NCBI GenBank assembly: GCA_020425605.1
Contig: JAGQRH010000007.1
Coordinates: 76,834 to 140,833 of the forward strand
DNA: 64,000 nt
Direction: 5' to 3'
Source of the DNA: Planctomycetota bacterium
GTDB taxonomy: Bacteria; Planctomycetota; UBA8742; UBA2392
Every line of letters begins with the position of its first letter. Positions within the stretch are counted from its first letter, which is position 1. The position numbers and the translations under genes were made by a program. The notes below the pieces were generated by a model, which saw only the letters and a list, made by a program, of their open reading frames with translations, ran no database searches and had not been told where the DNA came from. This document shows, piece by piece, positions 26,165-36,499 of the stretch.

Positions 26165-27913
26165 GTGTTCAACAAGTACTATCAAGATGAGCTGGTCTTC
26201 CTGCGGGACATGGGGCGCGAATTCAGCGCAGCCAACCCCGAGGCCGCACGCTTCCTCGCCGAGCCCGGTAGCGACCCTGACGTCGAGCGCATGCTGGAAG
26301 GCTTTGCTTTCCTGACCGCAAAGCTGCGCCAGAAGCTCGACGACGAGCTACCCGAATTTACGCACTCGCTGGCCGAGATGTTCTGGCCGCACTATCTGCG
26401 CCCCATCCCCAGCACGACCATCATGCAGTTCGAGCACGCCAATAAGGACACAGCCGAGCTGAAGCAGTTGCAGGCGGGCATCGAAATCGACAGCGCGCCT
26501 GTGGACGGCACACGCTGCCGCTTCCGCACGACCGCCGGCTTTGACCTGCTTCCCCTGCAATTGACGGAGGTACAACTTCGCCGAGAAGCTCCAGCACGCC
26601 TGCGCTTGCGGCTTGCGGCGCCGCCCAAACTCGGGCTGGAAAAGGCCGGGCTGAAGTCGCTCCGCCTGCACCTTTCCGGCGAATCTGCCGTGACGCGCTC
26701 GCTTTACGTGGCGCTGCTGCGCCACGTTCGTCGGGTCGTCATTCGCAAGGGTGACGGCGCGGATGGATCCGAGAGCTATGAATTGCCTGCGTCCGCCATC
26801 AGGCCCGTTGGCCTGGGCGAGAATGAGGCGCTGCTCGGCGGCCCCGGCCCGAGCTTCCCGGGTTTCCGCCTGCTTCAGGAGTACTTCACCGCGCCGGCCA
26901 AGTTCATGTTCATAGATCTGGACCGACTCGACGGCACGGCCGCGTTTGGCGGCGAACATCAGTTCGTCGTGGACTTCGAGTTCTCGCGCCTGCCGGACAA
27001 CATGCCACCCGTCAGCAAGGCGAACCTGCAGCTCAATTGCGTGCCGGCCGTGAACCTCTTCAAGCACGATGCCGACCCGATCCGGCTTGAGCGGGGCCGT
27101 ACCGAATACGCTGTGCGCCCGGCGGGCGACGATCCGCGCCACTTTGAAGTGCATTCGATCGACCGCGTCTACGGCCTTGAAGTCGGAAGTGCCCAGGAGC
27201 GGGAGTACAGCGCCCAGTTCAAGCTTGCCCGCTCAGGCCGCCGCAACGAGCTGTTCTATCACGCACGTCGCAGGGAAGCCGTCACCGGCTCCGGCAGCGA
27301 AATGATGATGACGTTCCTGGATCCCGAAGATCCGGATGCACGACCGAACGTCGAGACTGTCACCATCGACCTGACCTGCACCAATGGGCATCTGCCCTCC
27401 CGACTGGACGCCGGAGACATCTCGGTGAAGACCGGCAATGCGCCGATCTTTGCTCGATACCAGAACATCACGCGCCCAACGCCAACCGTGCCTCCGCCCT
27501 TGAAGGATGACCTTCACTGGCGCCTGATCGGGCACCTGTCGCTCAACTACATGTCGCTCCTGAGTGTCGACGCGCTTCGAAGCGTGATCGGCCTCTACAA
27601 CTTCCGCGCCCGCGTCGACCGCCAGACGGAGCAGGCACATTCCCGGCTGCTTGAGGGCATCAAGGGCGCCAATGGCGCACCGACATCCATCCTGGTTGAC
27701 GGCATTCCCGTCCGCGGACTGGACGTCGAGTTGACGGTCGATGAGGACCTGCTGAACGGTGAGGGAGAGACCTACCTGTTCGGAACGATTCTCAATGAGT
27801 TTTTTGCCCAGTACGTATCGTTGAATTCTTTCAGCCGCCTGAGCGTAAAGGGCGCGAAACGTGGAGAGGTCTTCGAATGGCCGGCTCGGATTGGCAAACG
27901 CGCCATCCTCTAG
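26165..27913 (+). CDS. tssF: T6SS baseplate protein TssF
   Basis: 582 aa with a GTG start. N-terminal hallmark FNKYYQDELVFLRDMGREFSAANPEAARFL....DPDVERMLEGFAFLTAKL. Confidence 0.93.
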   Translation: MFNKYYQDELVFLRDMGREFSAANPEAARFLAEPGSDPDVERMLEGFAFLTAKLRQKLDDELPEFTHSLAEMFWPHYLRPIPSTTIMQFEHANKDTAELKQLQAGIEIDSAPVDGTRCRFRTTAGFDLLPLQLTEVQLRREAPARLRLRLAAPPKLGLEKAGLKSLRLHLSGESAVTRSLYVALLRHVRRVVIRKGDGADGSESYELPASAIRPVGLGENEALLGGPGPSFPGFRLLQEYFTAPAKFMFIDLDRLDGTAAFGGEHQFVVDFEFSRLPDNMPPVSKANLQLNCVPAVNLFKHDADPIRLERGRTEYAVRPAGDDPRHFEVHSIDRVYGLEVGSAQEREYSAQFKLARSGRRNELFYHARRREAVTGSGSEMMMTFLDPEDPDARPNVETVTIDLTCTNGHLPSRLDAGDISVKTGNAPIFARYQNITRPTPTVPPPLKDDLHWRLIGHLSLNYMSLLSVDALRSVIGLYNFRARVDRQTEQAHSRLLEGIKGANGAPTSILVDGIPVRGLDVELTVDEDLLNGEGETYLFGTILNEFFAQYVSLNSFSRLSVKGAKRGEVFEWPARIGKRAIL

Positions 27914-28908
27914 CTACGCAATTGCTTCAGAACGGGAATCACTTCTCGTTCTATGAAGCAGTGCGCCTGCTTCACGGTCTGCACCGTGATGCGCCCAAGC
28001 TTGGGCGACAGGGACCGCCGGAGCTCGAGCGCGTCCGTATCCGCCCGTTGCTGAGCATGAGTTTTCCGGCGGCCGACATCGCCCACGTAGAGTCGAAAGA
28101 GATGCCCGGCGGCACCGAGCGTTTCCAGCTCGACGTCACGTTCATGGGACTTTACGGCTCCAGCAGCCCGCTGCCGAGCTTTTACACCGAAGACCTCATC
28201 CGGCTCGAAAACGACGAAAGTCTGCTTCGCGGCTTTCTCGACCTGTTCCACCACCGCCTGTTCAGCCTGCTTTTCCGCACCTGGGAAAAGTATCGCCACA
28301 CGGTTCAGTACGACGCAGAAGGCAGCGACTACTACTCGCAGCGTCTGCTGACGCTGATCGGCGCGACCCTGGAGTACCTGCCACCGGATGAGTCGATGCG
28401 ACCCGGTCGCCTGCTCGCGTATGCCGGCCTTCTTACCCAGCAACCGCGAAGTGCAGCGTCATTGCGCGCCCTGCTTGCAGACCACTTCGAGGAAGTCCCG
28501 GTAGACGTCGACCAATGCCGCGGGCGCTGGTGCGACATTCCTCCGCGGCAGCGCAATCGCCTCGGACAAGCCAATTGTGCCCTGGGGCAGGACACCGCGC
28601 TCGGCTCGGCCGTGTTTGACCGCGCGGGGAACTTCGGTATCGACCTCGGCCCGATGGACTTCGACACCTGGCTCGAGTACCTGCCGGACGGCGCCAACAT
28701 TGCACAATTGCGCGAGTTGACGGACCTGTTCAACAGCGACTGCCTCGACTATGAAGTCACCATGATCCTGCGCGGTGAAACCATGAAACGGGCGCAGTTA
28801 TCGAGCAACCACACACGCCTCGGCTGGTCAAGCTGGCTGGGCGAGAAGTCCCCCCACGACGAGACTGTCACGTTCAAGTTCAAAGGATGGAAACATGGTC
28901 GAGGTTGA
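27877..28908 (+). CDS. tssG: T6SS baseplate protein TssG
   Basis: 343 aa. FSFYEAVRLL and FMGLYGSSSPLPSFYTE signatures. Overlaps the tssF end by 37 nt, suggesting coupling. Confidence 0.9.
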   Translation: MAGSDWQTRHPLATQLLQNGNHFSFYEAVRLLHGLHRDAPKLGRQGPPELERVRIRPLLSMSFPAADIAHVESKEMPGGTERFQLDVTFMGLYGSSSPLPSFYTEDLIRLENDESLLRGFLDLFHHRLFSLLFRTWEKYRHTVQYDAEGSDYYSQRLLTLIGATLEYLPPDESMRPGRLLAYAGLLTQQPRSAASLRALLADHFEEVPVDVDQCRGRWCDIPPRQRNRLGQANCALGQDTALGSAVFDRAGNFGIDLGPMDFDTWLEYLPDGANIAQLRELTDLFNSDCLDYEVTMILRGETMKRAQLSSNHTRLGWSSWLGEKSPHDETVTFKFKGWKHGRG

Positions 28909-31636
28909 TCTCAAGCGACTCGTTGGTCGGCTGAACCGCTTCTGCACGCGCGCACTTGAAGCGGCGGCGGGCAACTGCGTGTCGCGCACCAACTACGAGG
29001 TCACGGTTGAGCACATGCTGCAGGCGATGCTGGAAGATCCCAATGCGGACATCCAGCAGGCGCTGCAGAAGTTCGAAATCGATCCCGGCCGGGTGAGCAA
29101 GCAACTCACGCGTGACATTGACGGGCTCAAGACCGGCAACGCCGGTCGGCCGGTGTTCAGCCCGCTGCTGACGTCGTGGTTCCAGAACGCCTGGCTGATC
29201 GCGAGCATTGAGCACAATCAGGCCGAGATCCGCAGCGGGAACTTGCTTGAGGCGATGCTGTCCAATCCGGCACGCCTCGCCAGCGGGGACTACATCGACA
29301 TCCTTACGGAGATGCCGGTCGCGGAGCTGTCGAAGAACTTCGGCGACATCATGTCCACCTCGCAGGAAACGGCAGCGCAGGCCGGAGTCGCGCCAAGCAG
29401 CGGCGGGGCGCCAGGTGCCGAGCCAAGCCGCGACGGAACGGCCCTGCAGCGCTTCTGCCAGAATTTCACCGAACGCGCCCGCGCAGGCGAGCTTGACCCG
29501 GTTTTCGGCCGTGACGGCGAGATCCGCCAGATGATCGACATCCTCGCCCGTCGCCGAAAAAACAACCCGATCTGTGTAGGCGAGCCGGGCGTGGGCAAGA
29601 GCGCCGTGGTCGAGGGCCTGGCCATGCGCATTGTGGAAGGCGACGTGCCGGAAGTACTCCAGAACGTCGACATCATCGGCCTTGACGTCGGCCTGCTGCA
29701 GGCGGGCGCCAGCGTGAAGGGCGAGTTCGAAAAGCGCCTCAAGGGCGTGATCGACGAGATCAAGGCCAGCCCCAAGCCGCTGATTCTCTTCATCGACGAA
29801 GCCCACACCCTGATCGGCGCCGGCGGCGCGGCCGGGACGGGCGACGCGGGCCAGCTTCTCAAGCCGGCGCTCGCGCGTGGCGAGCTGCGCACGGTCGCGG
29901 CCACCACATGGTCCGAGTACAAGAAGTACTTCGAAAAGGACGCGGCTTTGGCCCGTCGCTTTCAACTCGTGAAGCTCGACGAGCCCGGGCCGGAACTGAC
30001 CGCAACCATGCTGCGCGGCCTGCGCGCGAACTACGAAAAGGCCCACAAGGTAGTCATTCGCGACGAGGCGCTGGTCGCCGCGGCCGAGCTTGGCTCGCGC
30101 TACATCGCCGGGCGCCAGCAGCCTGACAAGGGCATCGACCTGGTCGATACCGCGGCCGCGCGCGTGAAGGTGGCGTTCATCAGCAAGCCGGCCGAGCTGC
30201 AGGACCTCGAGCGCAGCATCGAGACGGATCAGCGCACGCTGAACGCCCTCAAGCGCGACGCCGACACCGGCGGCCAGAACGACGCCGAGCAGATGAAGGA
30301 AATTGAGGAGCGCATCGAGGCGACCAACAAGAAGGTCGAGGAGTTCAAAGGCCGCTGGATGAAAGAGCGCGAGGCCGCCCACAAGGTTGTCGCGGTCCGG
30401 AACAAGCTGAACGATGTGCTCGCGCCCAGGGACGCAAAGCCCGCGGACAAGGCCGAGCCAAAAAAGGACGAGCCAAAGGGCGACAAAAAAGAAGACGCAA
30501 AGACCGCCGAAGTCCCGGCCGAGCCGAAGCTGGACCTTCCCGATGACCCGGACGCGCTCAAGAAGATGTTTGAGCAGGCCTTGGCCGACTTGCGCAAGCT
30601 TCAGGGCAAGGATCCGCTGGTTCCAGTGGAAGTCACCAGCGAAGTCGTCGCCAAGGTCGTCGGCGACTGGACCGGCATTCCGGTCGGCAACATGGTCGCC
30701 GACCAGGCCGCGCGTTTGCTGACTATGGAGCAAGAGCTAACCAAGCGCGTAAAAGGCCAGGATCACGTGATGAAGGCCATCGCGACCACCATCCGCGCAA
30801 ACAAGGCCGGGCTCGGCAACCCGGACGCGCCGATCGGCGTCAGCCTGTTCGTTGGGCCGAGCGGCGTCGGCAAGACCGAGACCGCGCTGGCCGTCGCCGA
30901 CCTGCTTTTCGGCGGCGAGCGCTTCATGACGACGATCAACATGTCCGAGTACCAGGAAAAGCACACCGTCAGCCGCCTGATCGGCAGCCCCCCGGGCTAC
31001 GTCGGCTACGGCGAAGGCGGCCAGCTCACGGAAGCGGTCCGGCAGCGCCCCTACAGCGTCGTGTTGCTGGACGAAGTCGAGAAGGCCGACCTTGAGGTCA
31101 TGAACCTGTTCTACCAGGTGTTCGACAAGGGAATGCTCAATGACGGCGAAGGCCGTGAAATCGACTTCAAAAACACCGTCATATTCCTGACCAGCAACCT
31201 GGCGACAGACATCATCACAGAAGCCTGCAGCGATGGCGACAAGCCGGACATGGACGAGCTGGTCAGCATGATCCGACCGCAGCTCAGCGCCCACTTCAAG
31301 CCCGCACTGCTGGCACGCATGAGCATCCTGCCGTTCTTCACGATCGACCAGGGCGCGATGGTGATGATTACGAACCTGAAGCTGAACAAGATCGTGCGCC
31401 AGATGCACGCGACACACGGCATGACACTCGCCTTCGACGACAAGGTCACGGAGGCCATCGCCGCCCGCTGCAAGGAAGTCGAAACGGGTGCCCGCAACAT
31501 CGACCACATCATCCGCGGGAACCTGTTGCCGCAGATGAGTACACAGCTCCTTCAAAAAATGAGCGAGGGCGACCTTCCCGCGCAGATGAAGGTCGGAATC
31601 GGTGAGAGCGGCGACTTTTCGTTCGCATTCGCGTAG
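28895..31636 (+). CDS. clpV: T6SS AAA+ ATPase ClpV (TssH), with a K/E/D/P-rich insertion in the middle region
   Basis: 913 aa. ClpV-type N-domain LVGRLNRFCTRALEAAAGNCVSRTNYEVTVEHML. Two Walker A motifs, GEPGVGKSAV and GPSGVGKTE. Low-complexity segment RDAKPADKAEPKKDEPKGDKKEDAKTAEVPAEPK at ~30421-30545. Confidence 0.93.
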   Translation: MVEVDLKRLVGRLNRFCTRALEAAAGNCVSRTNYEVTVEHMLQAMLEDPNADIQQALQKFEIDPGRVSKQLTRDIDGLKTGNAGRPVFSPLLTSWFQNAWLIASIEHNQAEIRSGNLLEAMLSNPARLASGDYIDILTEMPVAELSKNFGDIMSTSQETAAQAGVAPSSGGAPGAEPSRDGTALQRFCQNFTERARAGELDPVFGRDGEIRQMIDILARRRKNNPICVGEPGVGKSAVVEGLAMRIVEGDVPEVLQNVDIIGLDVGLLQAGASVKGEFEKRLKGVIDEIKASPKPLILFIDEAHTLIGAGGAAGTGDAGQLLKPALARGELRTVAATTWSEYKKYFEKDAALARRFQLVKLDEPGPELTATMLRGLRANYEKAHKVVIRDEALVAAAELGSRYIAGRQQPDKGIDLVDTAAARVKVAFISKPAELQDLERSIETDQRTLNALKRDADTGGQNDAEQMKEIEERIEATNKKVEEFKGRWMKEREAAHKVVAVRNKLNDVLAPRDAKPADKAEPKKDEPKGDKKEDAKTAEVPAEPKLDLPDDPDALKKMFEQALADLRKLQGKDPLVPVEVTSEVVAKVVGDWTGIPVGNMVADQAARLLTMEQELTKRVKGQDHVMKAIATTIRANKAGLGNPDAPIGVSLFVGPSGVGKTETALAVADLLFGGERFMTTINMSEYQEKHTVSRLIGSPPGYVGYGEGGQLTEAVRQRPYSVVLLDEVEKADLEVMNLFYQVFDKGMLNDGEGREIDFKNTVIFLTSNLATDIITEACSDGDKPDMDELVSMIRPQLSAHFKPALLARMSILPFFTIDQGAMVMITNLKLNKIVRQMHATHGMTLAFDDKVTEAIAARCKEVETGARNIDHIIRGNLLPQMSTQLLQKMSEGDLPAQMKVGIGESGDFSFAFA

Positions 31637-31695
31637 AGCAAGTCAACGGACCCGAAGTGATCGCTCACAACGGGAACTGAGAAGAGGACCAAGCC

Positions 31696-34218
31696 ATGCC
31701 GGAGATCGCGACTACACAGGTGATGCAGTTTCATTCGGATGCCGTCGATGACGGCGACCTGCAGATCACCAAGCTGGAAGGCGAAGAATCGCTCAACAAG
31801 CCGTACGAGTTCCGACTCGAGCTGGCCTCGACGAAGACGGATATTGACCACGCGGAAGTCCTCAAAAAAGCCGCCTGGATCGGTATCAAGCAGGGCATCC
31901 AGCTCGCCGGCCAGGACACGCGCGCCGCGACGACGCTGAAGATCCACGGAGTGATCCAGAGCTTCGAGCAGGTGGGCAAAGAGCTCGAGCTTGTCAGGTA
32001 CCGCGCTGTGCTGGTTCCAAAGTTGCAACGTCTCGGGCTGCAGCACCAGAGCCGCATTTTCCAGAACAAGAAGATCCCCGACATCATCAAGACAATCTGC
32101 GACGAACACGGCGTAGAAGTCGACATGGGCAAGCTCGGCAGTTACGACGAGCGTGAGTACGTCGTCCAGTACGAGGAATCCGACCTCGACTTCATCCATC
32201 GCTGGATGGAGCACGAGGGCATCTTCTACTACTTCGTCCAGAGTGAAGACTTCGAGAAAGTCGTGTTCGCCGACGCCCCCGAGGGCTACGGCAGCATGCA
32301 GGGCAACTCGACGTTCAGCTACAAACCCGCGCCGGAAGAGGACAGCCGTGTCGAGGCCGGTGACTCTGAAGAGGCGGCCGAGGACTGGTTCAAGGAAGAA
32401 GTGATCACCTCAATCTCGGCCAGGACCAACCAGCTGCCCAAGAAAGTCGTTCTCAAGGACTACAACTGGCAGGACCCGGACACTGACCTGAAGTGCGAGT
32501 CCGAGATTCACAAGGAAGGCGTCGGCGTCGTCTACAAGTACAACAACCACTACCAGACCAAAGAACAGGGCAAGAAGCTCGCCGACATCCGCGCACAGGA
32601 AATCAACTGCCGCGAGACGATGTTCCACGGCACATCCGACTGCCGTGGCTACCGCGCAGGCATGGTCTTCAGCATGGAAGACCACTACCGCGGCAGCATG
32701 AACACCAACTACCTGCTGGTCGAGGTGAAGCACCGCGCCACGCAGGCCGTTGCACTCGGCACGGCATCCGGCGGCGGTGCAAGCTATTCCAACAGCTACA
32801 AGGCGATCCTGAAGGAAAAGACCTTCCGCCCGGAATTCAAGACCAAGTGGCCGCAGATCAAGGGCGTGATGCACGCAAAGGTCGACGGCGGCGACGCCGG
32901 CACGCCCTACGCCCAGATCGACGACAAGGGCCGTTACAAGATCAAGATGCCGATCGACATCGGCGACAGCAAAGACGGAAGCGCCAGCAAGTACATCCGC
33001 AAGGCCGAGCCCTACGCCGGCCCGAACCAGGGCATGCACTTCCCGCTGCTGAAGAACTCGGAAGTCATCCTGACGCACGTGGACGGCGACCCCGACCGCC
33101 CGGTGGTCGCGGCCGCGATGTTCAACGCCAACAACGGCTCGGTCGTCAGCCAGGCCAACTCGACGCAAAACGTGATCGCCACGCCGGGCGGCACCAAGTT
33201 CATCATGGATGACACGGTGGATTCGCAGTTCGCCTACCTGCACACGAAAGATGAAAAGGTGCTGATGAAGCTCGACGCCAAGAGCGGCGACGAGAACGTG
33301 AACATCAAGACCACAGACAAGAACGAGATCAAGCTGCACAGCGGCGACGAGAACCTGTTCATCAAGAGCGCCAAGGAAAACACCTACCTGCGGCTCGGCA
33401 AAGCCGCCAGTGAAGCCGGCCAGACCGAAGGCAGCGTCACGGTTACCGGCGGCGACGACGGGTTCTTCCTCACGACCGACGCGAAGTGGAACCAGTACGT
33501 CAAGAAAGACGCCAACATCATCATCAAGGGCAAGGAGAACAAGCAGGTCGGCGACGCGTCCGAGTGGACCATCAAGGGCACCAGCGCCTGCTATAACCAC
33601 GGCGACTGGTTCAAGCTGAACTTTGCGCTCACTTACGGCATTGAGATCGGCTTCACCGCCGACTTCAAGCTGAGCGGCGGTATTGCCATCGCCGTCGGCG
33701 CGAGCTTTGCCATCAAGGGCGGCGTCAGCGTAGCCTTCGAGGCCTCGGCCGCCCTCAAAGTCAGCAAGTCGAAGGAGAAGAATTACGTCTTCGACGGCCT
33801 GACCAACGTTGCCAAGAAAGATCGCGAAGACAGCGCGGAGAAGAACTTCACGCTTTCAACCAAACAGAATATGACCATCAAGGCCAAGCAGAAGGTGGTC
33901 ATCCAGGGCAACGCTGCATTCCCGCCTGCCGACCCGAGTCTCGCCGCGCGCATGGCTGCGTGGGCCGCCGGCGCCATGGCCTCGGTGAAGGGCAAGTCAG
34001 CCAGCAGCCCGCCGCCCCCGCCGCCGCCGCCCGTACCGGGGCCGCCGCCACTTCCAAGATCCAAGATCGAAGTGGAGGGACAAAAGATTCTGCTGCTGTT
34101 CAACACGACCACGATGATCCGTCTGGACTCCAGCGGCATCAAGTTGAAGTGCGGCGCGAGCGAACTCGTCATCGGGCCTTCCGGTATCACCGCCAAGCCG
34201 ATGGTCACAGGAGGCTAG
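31696..34218 (+). CDS. vgrG: T6SS spike protein VgrG (TssI), with an Ala-rich/poly-proline insert near the C-terminus
   Basis: 840 aa. gp27/gp5-type N-terminus (L.GEESLNKPYEFRLEL, RIFQNKKIPDII, REYVVQYEESDLDFIHRWMEHEGIFYYF). Beta-helical repeats. SSPPPPPPPPVPGPPPLP at ~34008-34055, followed by terminal beta strands. Confidence 0.92.
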   Translation: MPEIATTQVMQFHSDAVDDGDLQITKLEGEESLNKPYEFRLELASTKTDIDHAEVLKKAAWIGIKQGIQLAGQDTRAATTLKIHGVIQSFEQVGKELELVRYRAVLVPKLQRLGLQHQSRIFQNKKIPDIIKTICDEHGVEVDMGKLGSYDEREYVVQYEESDLDFIHRWMEHEGIFYYFVQSEDFEKVVFADAPEGYGSMQGNSTFSYKPAPEEDSRVEAGDSEEAAEDWFKEEVITSISARTNQLPKKVVLKDYNWQDPDTDLKCESEIHKEGVGVVYKYNNHYQTKEQGKKLADIRAQEINCRETMFHGTSDCRGYRAGMVFSMEDHYRGSMNTNYLLVEVKHRATQAVALGTASGGGASYSNSYKAILKEKTFRPEFKTKWPQIKGVMHAKVDGGDAGTPYAQIDDKGRYKIKMPIDIGDSKDGSASKYIRKAEPYAGPNQGMHFPLLKNSEVILTHVDGDPDRPVVAAAMFNANNGSVVSQANSTQNVIATPGGTKFIMDDTVDSQFAYLHTKDEKVLMKLDAKSGDENVNIKTTDKNEIKLHSGDENLFIKSAKENTYLRLGKAASEAGQTEGSVTVTGGDDGFFLTTDAKWNQYVKKDANIIIKGKENKQVGDASEWTIKGTSACYNHGDWFKLNFALTYGIEIGFTADFKLSGGIAIAVGASFAIKGGVSVAFEASAALKVSKSKEKNYVFDGLTNVAKKDREDSAEKNFTLSTKQNMTIKAKQKVVIQGNAAFPPADPSLAARMAAWAAGAMASVKGKSASSPPPPPPPPVPGPPPLPRSKIEVEGQKILLLFNTTTMIRLDSSGIKLKCGASELVIGPSGITAKPMVTGG

Positions 34219-34221
34219 ACC

Positions 34222-36498
34222 GTGAAAGTCCGCAACCGTACGGATTTCCCGTTCGCGCCTCTGCTCGGCCGCGTGAACTATCCCAACTACGCCGTGACGT
34301 GCACGGTGAAGGGGACGTTCGCGCTGAAGCCGGGTGGCGTGCTTGAGCCGCTGGACGAGCAGCCCCAGTTCGAAGGCGACGTGCCCAGCAAAGCCGAGCG
34401 GCCGGAGTGTCTCTACGCCGCCGACCTTGTGCCCTACAAGCCGAAGGCCGACCTGCTGCTGCGGGCCGAATGCCACACGCCCGGCGGGAAGGGCGTAACG
34501 GCGTGCCCGGTTATCTTCAGCGTCGGCCAGTGGTCGAAAGAGCTGGCGGTGATCGGCAACCGCAAGTGGGAGAAGAGCCTCGTATTCAGCAAGATGACCG
34601 AGCCGGATGTCTTCAACCGCGTCGAGCTGACCTGGGGCAATGCCTTCGGCGGCGAGAAGTTCGCACTGAACCCGGCCGGCAAGGGCCGCAAAGACGGTTT
34701 GCTGCCGAACGTTGAGTACCCCGACGAACTGGTCAAAAGCGCAGGCAATCAGCCAACGCCGGCGAGCTTCGGCCCGATCGACCGTACCTGGAAGCAGCGC
34801 GCAAGCAAGCTTGGCACATACGACAAGAAGTGGCAGAAAGAGCGCTGGCCTGCATACCCCAAGGACCTCGACTGGACACACTTCAACGCGGCTGCAGAGG
34901 ACCAGCAGGTTCCGTTCCTGCGCGGCGACGAGAGCTTCGCACTGACGAACATGCACGCGGAGCACGCAAGCCTGAAGGGCGAGTTGCCGTCACTGCGTGT
35001 GCGCTGCATCGCGCGCCTGAAGCCGGAACAGGGCGAAGACTTGCTCGTTCGCGACGTGGCGATGAACCTCGATACGCTCTACATCGACGTGCCGAAGATG
35101 CAGGTGACGCTGGTCTGGCGCGGCGTGTGTGACATTCGCGAGGAAGAAGGTGAAGACGTTGCCGATGTGCTCGTGTTCAGCGAGCCGCTGGCTGACTCGC
35201 CGGCCACAATCCAGCAAGTCATGCCCTGGTTTGAAGAAGAGCCAGATGACGCCGACGCCCTCCCGCCCGAGCCGCCGCTTGTCGTAGACACCGGCGTGAT
35301 GGAGGGCGACGCGCTCGCCGGCGCGATCGAAGCAATGGCGAAACAAACCGTCGGCCAACTCAACACCATGTCGCCGGTCGCTCTCAGCATGGCCCCGGCG
35401 GCGTTTGAAGGCTTCGGCCAGATGCGCTCGGCACTGGCGGGAATCGCCTCGCGCCTCAGGGCGGCCGGGCAGCCAGTCCCGCCGTCGCTCAGCCAGGTGA
35501 TGAGCGACTTTGAAAGCGACCCCGACCTGAAGGACGGCGAATCCGACCTTATGGTCGCGCAAGCGTTGGCGCTGCTGCCGGCGGCCGCGGCACTGACCGG
35601 CGCCCAGCTGGCGGGCAAGATCCGATCCGGCGAAGCCCCGCACCGCGATTTCGCGGGCGTGGACATGGCGGGCGAAGACCTGTCGGGCTCTGACCTGTCA
35701 CAAGCCGACTTCACCGGCGCCAACCTGGCGGACACCGTCTTCACGGGCTGCAAGCTCGACGGCGCGCTGTTCAGCAGTGCGAATCTGGCCGGCGCGAATC
35801 TGGCCGGCGTAAAGGCCGAGCGGGTCGATTTCACGGCAGCCAATCTGGAAGGCGCCGACCTTACGGGCGCGGGCTTCCCGCAGTGCAGTTTCGACCAAAT
35901 CAAGGCCACCGGCATCAAGCTCGACAAGGCGGAGCTGCCGGGCGCCACGTTCGCCGATGCCGACCTTGTCAATGCCGAGGCAGGCGAAGCGCAACTCAAG
36001 CAGGCCGACCTTTCACGGGCCGACCTGACGGGCGCGAACTTCGAGAAGGCCGACCTGTCCGAAGCCACGCTCAATTACGTGAAAGCCGACGGTGTGAACT
36101 TCAAGCACTGCAAAGGCGCGAGTCTGCGAGGCGCCGAAGCAAACTTCAAAGGCGCCGACTTCGAGGAAGCTGAACTGCCCGGCGCGATCTTCGAGAATGC
36201 GAACCTGGAAGATGCGAACTTCCGCTTTGCGATGCTCAAGCGTGCGCTGTTCGCGAACGCAAACCTGAGCAAGGCTGTACTGTTTGGTGCAGTCGTGCGC
36301 GGCGGCAGCCTGCGCAAGGCAAACATGGCCGGCGCCCAGGCCGGCAACGCAGACTTTTTCGAATGCGACTTTGAGAAGTCGAACCTCAAGGGCGCATCGC
36401 TGATCACCAGCAATTGCTACGGCGCCGCCTTTCGCGACGCAGACACAAGCGGCGCAGACCTGACCGAAACGAACCTCAAACAGACACTGCTGGCTTAA
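34222..36498 (+). CDS. DUF2169-domain protein fused to a C-terminal pentapeptide-repeat domain (~290 aa of A(D/N)LXX repeats)
   Basis: 758 aa with a GTG start 3 nt after the vgrG stop. The N-terminal ~330 aa are DUF2169-like (NRTDFPFAPLLGRV...VKGTFAL..GG....DEQP....D.........DLVPYKPKADLLL). From ~35640 onward there are continuous pentapeptide repeats (DLSGSDLSQADFTGANLADTVFTGCKLDGALF...). Confidence 0.8.
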   Translation: MKVRNRTDFPFAPLLGRVNYPNYAVTCTVKGTFALKPGGVLEPLDEQPQFEGDVPSKAERPECLYAADLVPYKPKADLLLRAECHTPGGKGVTACPVIFSVGQWSKELAVIGNRKWEKSLVFSKMTEPDVFNRVELTWGNAFGGEKFALNPAGKGRKDGLLPNVEYPDELVKSAGNQPTPASFGPIDRTWKQRASKLGTYDKKWQKERWPAYPKDLDWTHFNAAAEDQQVPFLRGDESFALTNMHAEHASLKGELPSLRVRCIARLKPEQGEDLLVRDVAMNLDTLYIDVPKMQVTLVWRGVCDIREEEGEDVADVLVFSEPLADSPATIQQVMPWFEEEPDDADALPPEPPLVVDTGVMEGDALAGAIEAMAKQTVGQLNTMSPVALSMAPAAFEGFGQMRSALAGIASRLRAAGQPVPPSLSQVMSDFESDPDLKDGESDLMVAQALALLPAAAALTGAQLAGKIRSGEAPHRDFAGVDMAGEDLSGSDLSQADFTGANLADTVFTGCKLDGALFSSANLAGANLAGVKAERVDFTAANLEGADLTGAGFPQCSFDQIKATGIKLDKAELPGATFADADLVNAEAGEAQLKQADLSRADLTGANFEKADLSEATLNYVKADGVNFKHCKGASLRGAEANFKGADFEEAELPGAIFENANLEDANFRFAMLKRALFANANLSKAVLFGAVVRGGSLRKANMAGAQAGNADFFECDFEKSNLKGASLITSNCYGAAFRDADTSGADLTETNLKQTLLA

Positions 36499-36499
36499 C

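Noticed and set aside
34008-34055. The CCG-rich run encoding poly-proline in vgrG as a phase-variable simple-sequence repeat.
   Set aside because: The run is an imperfect mixture of CCG, CCC and CCA codons interrupted by GTA and GGG. The unit length is 3, so slippage would stay in frame. It is not a convincing contingency locus.
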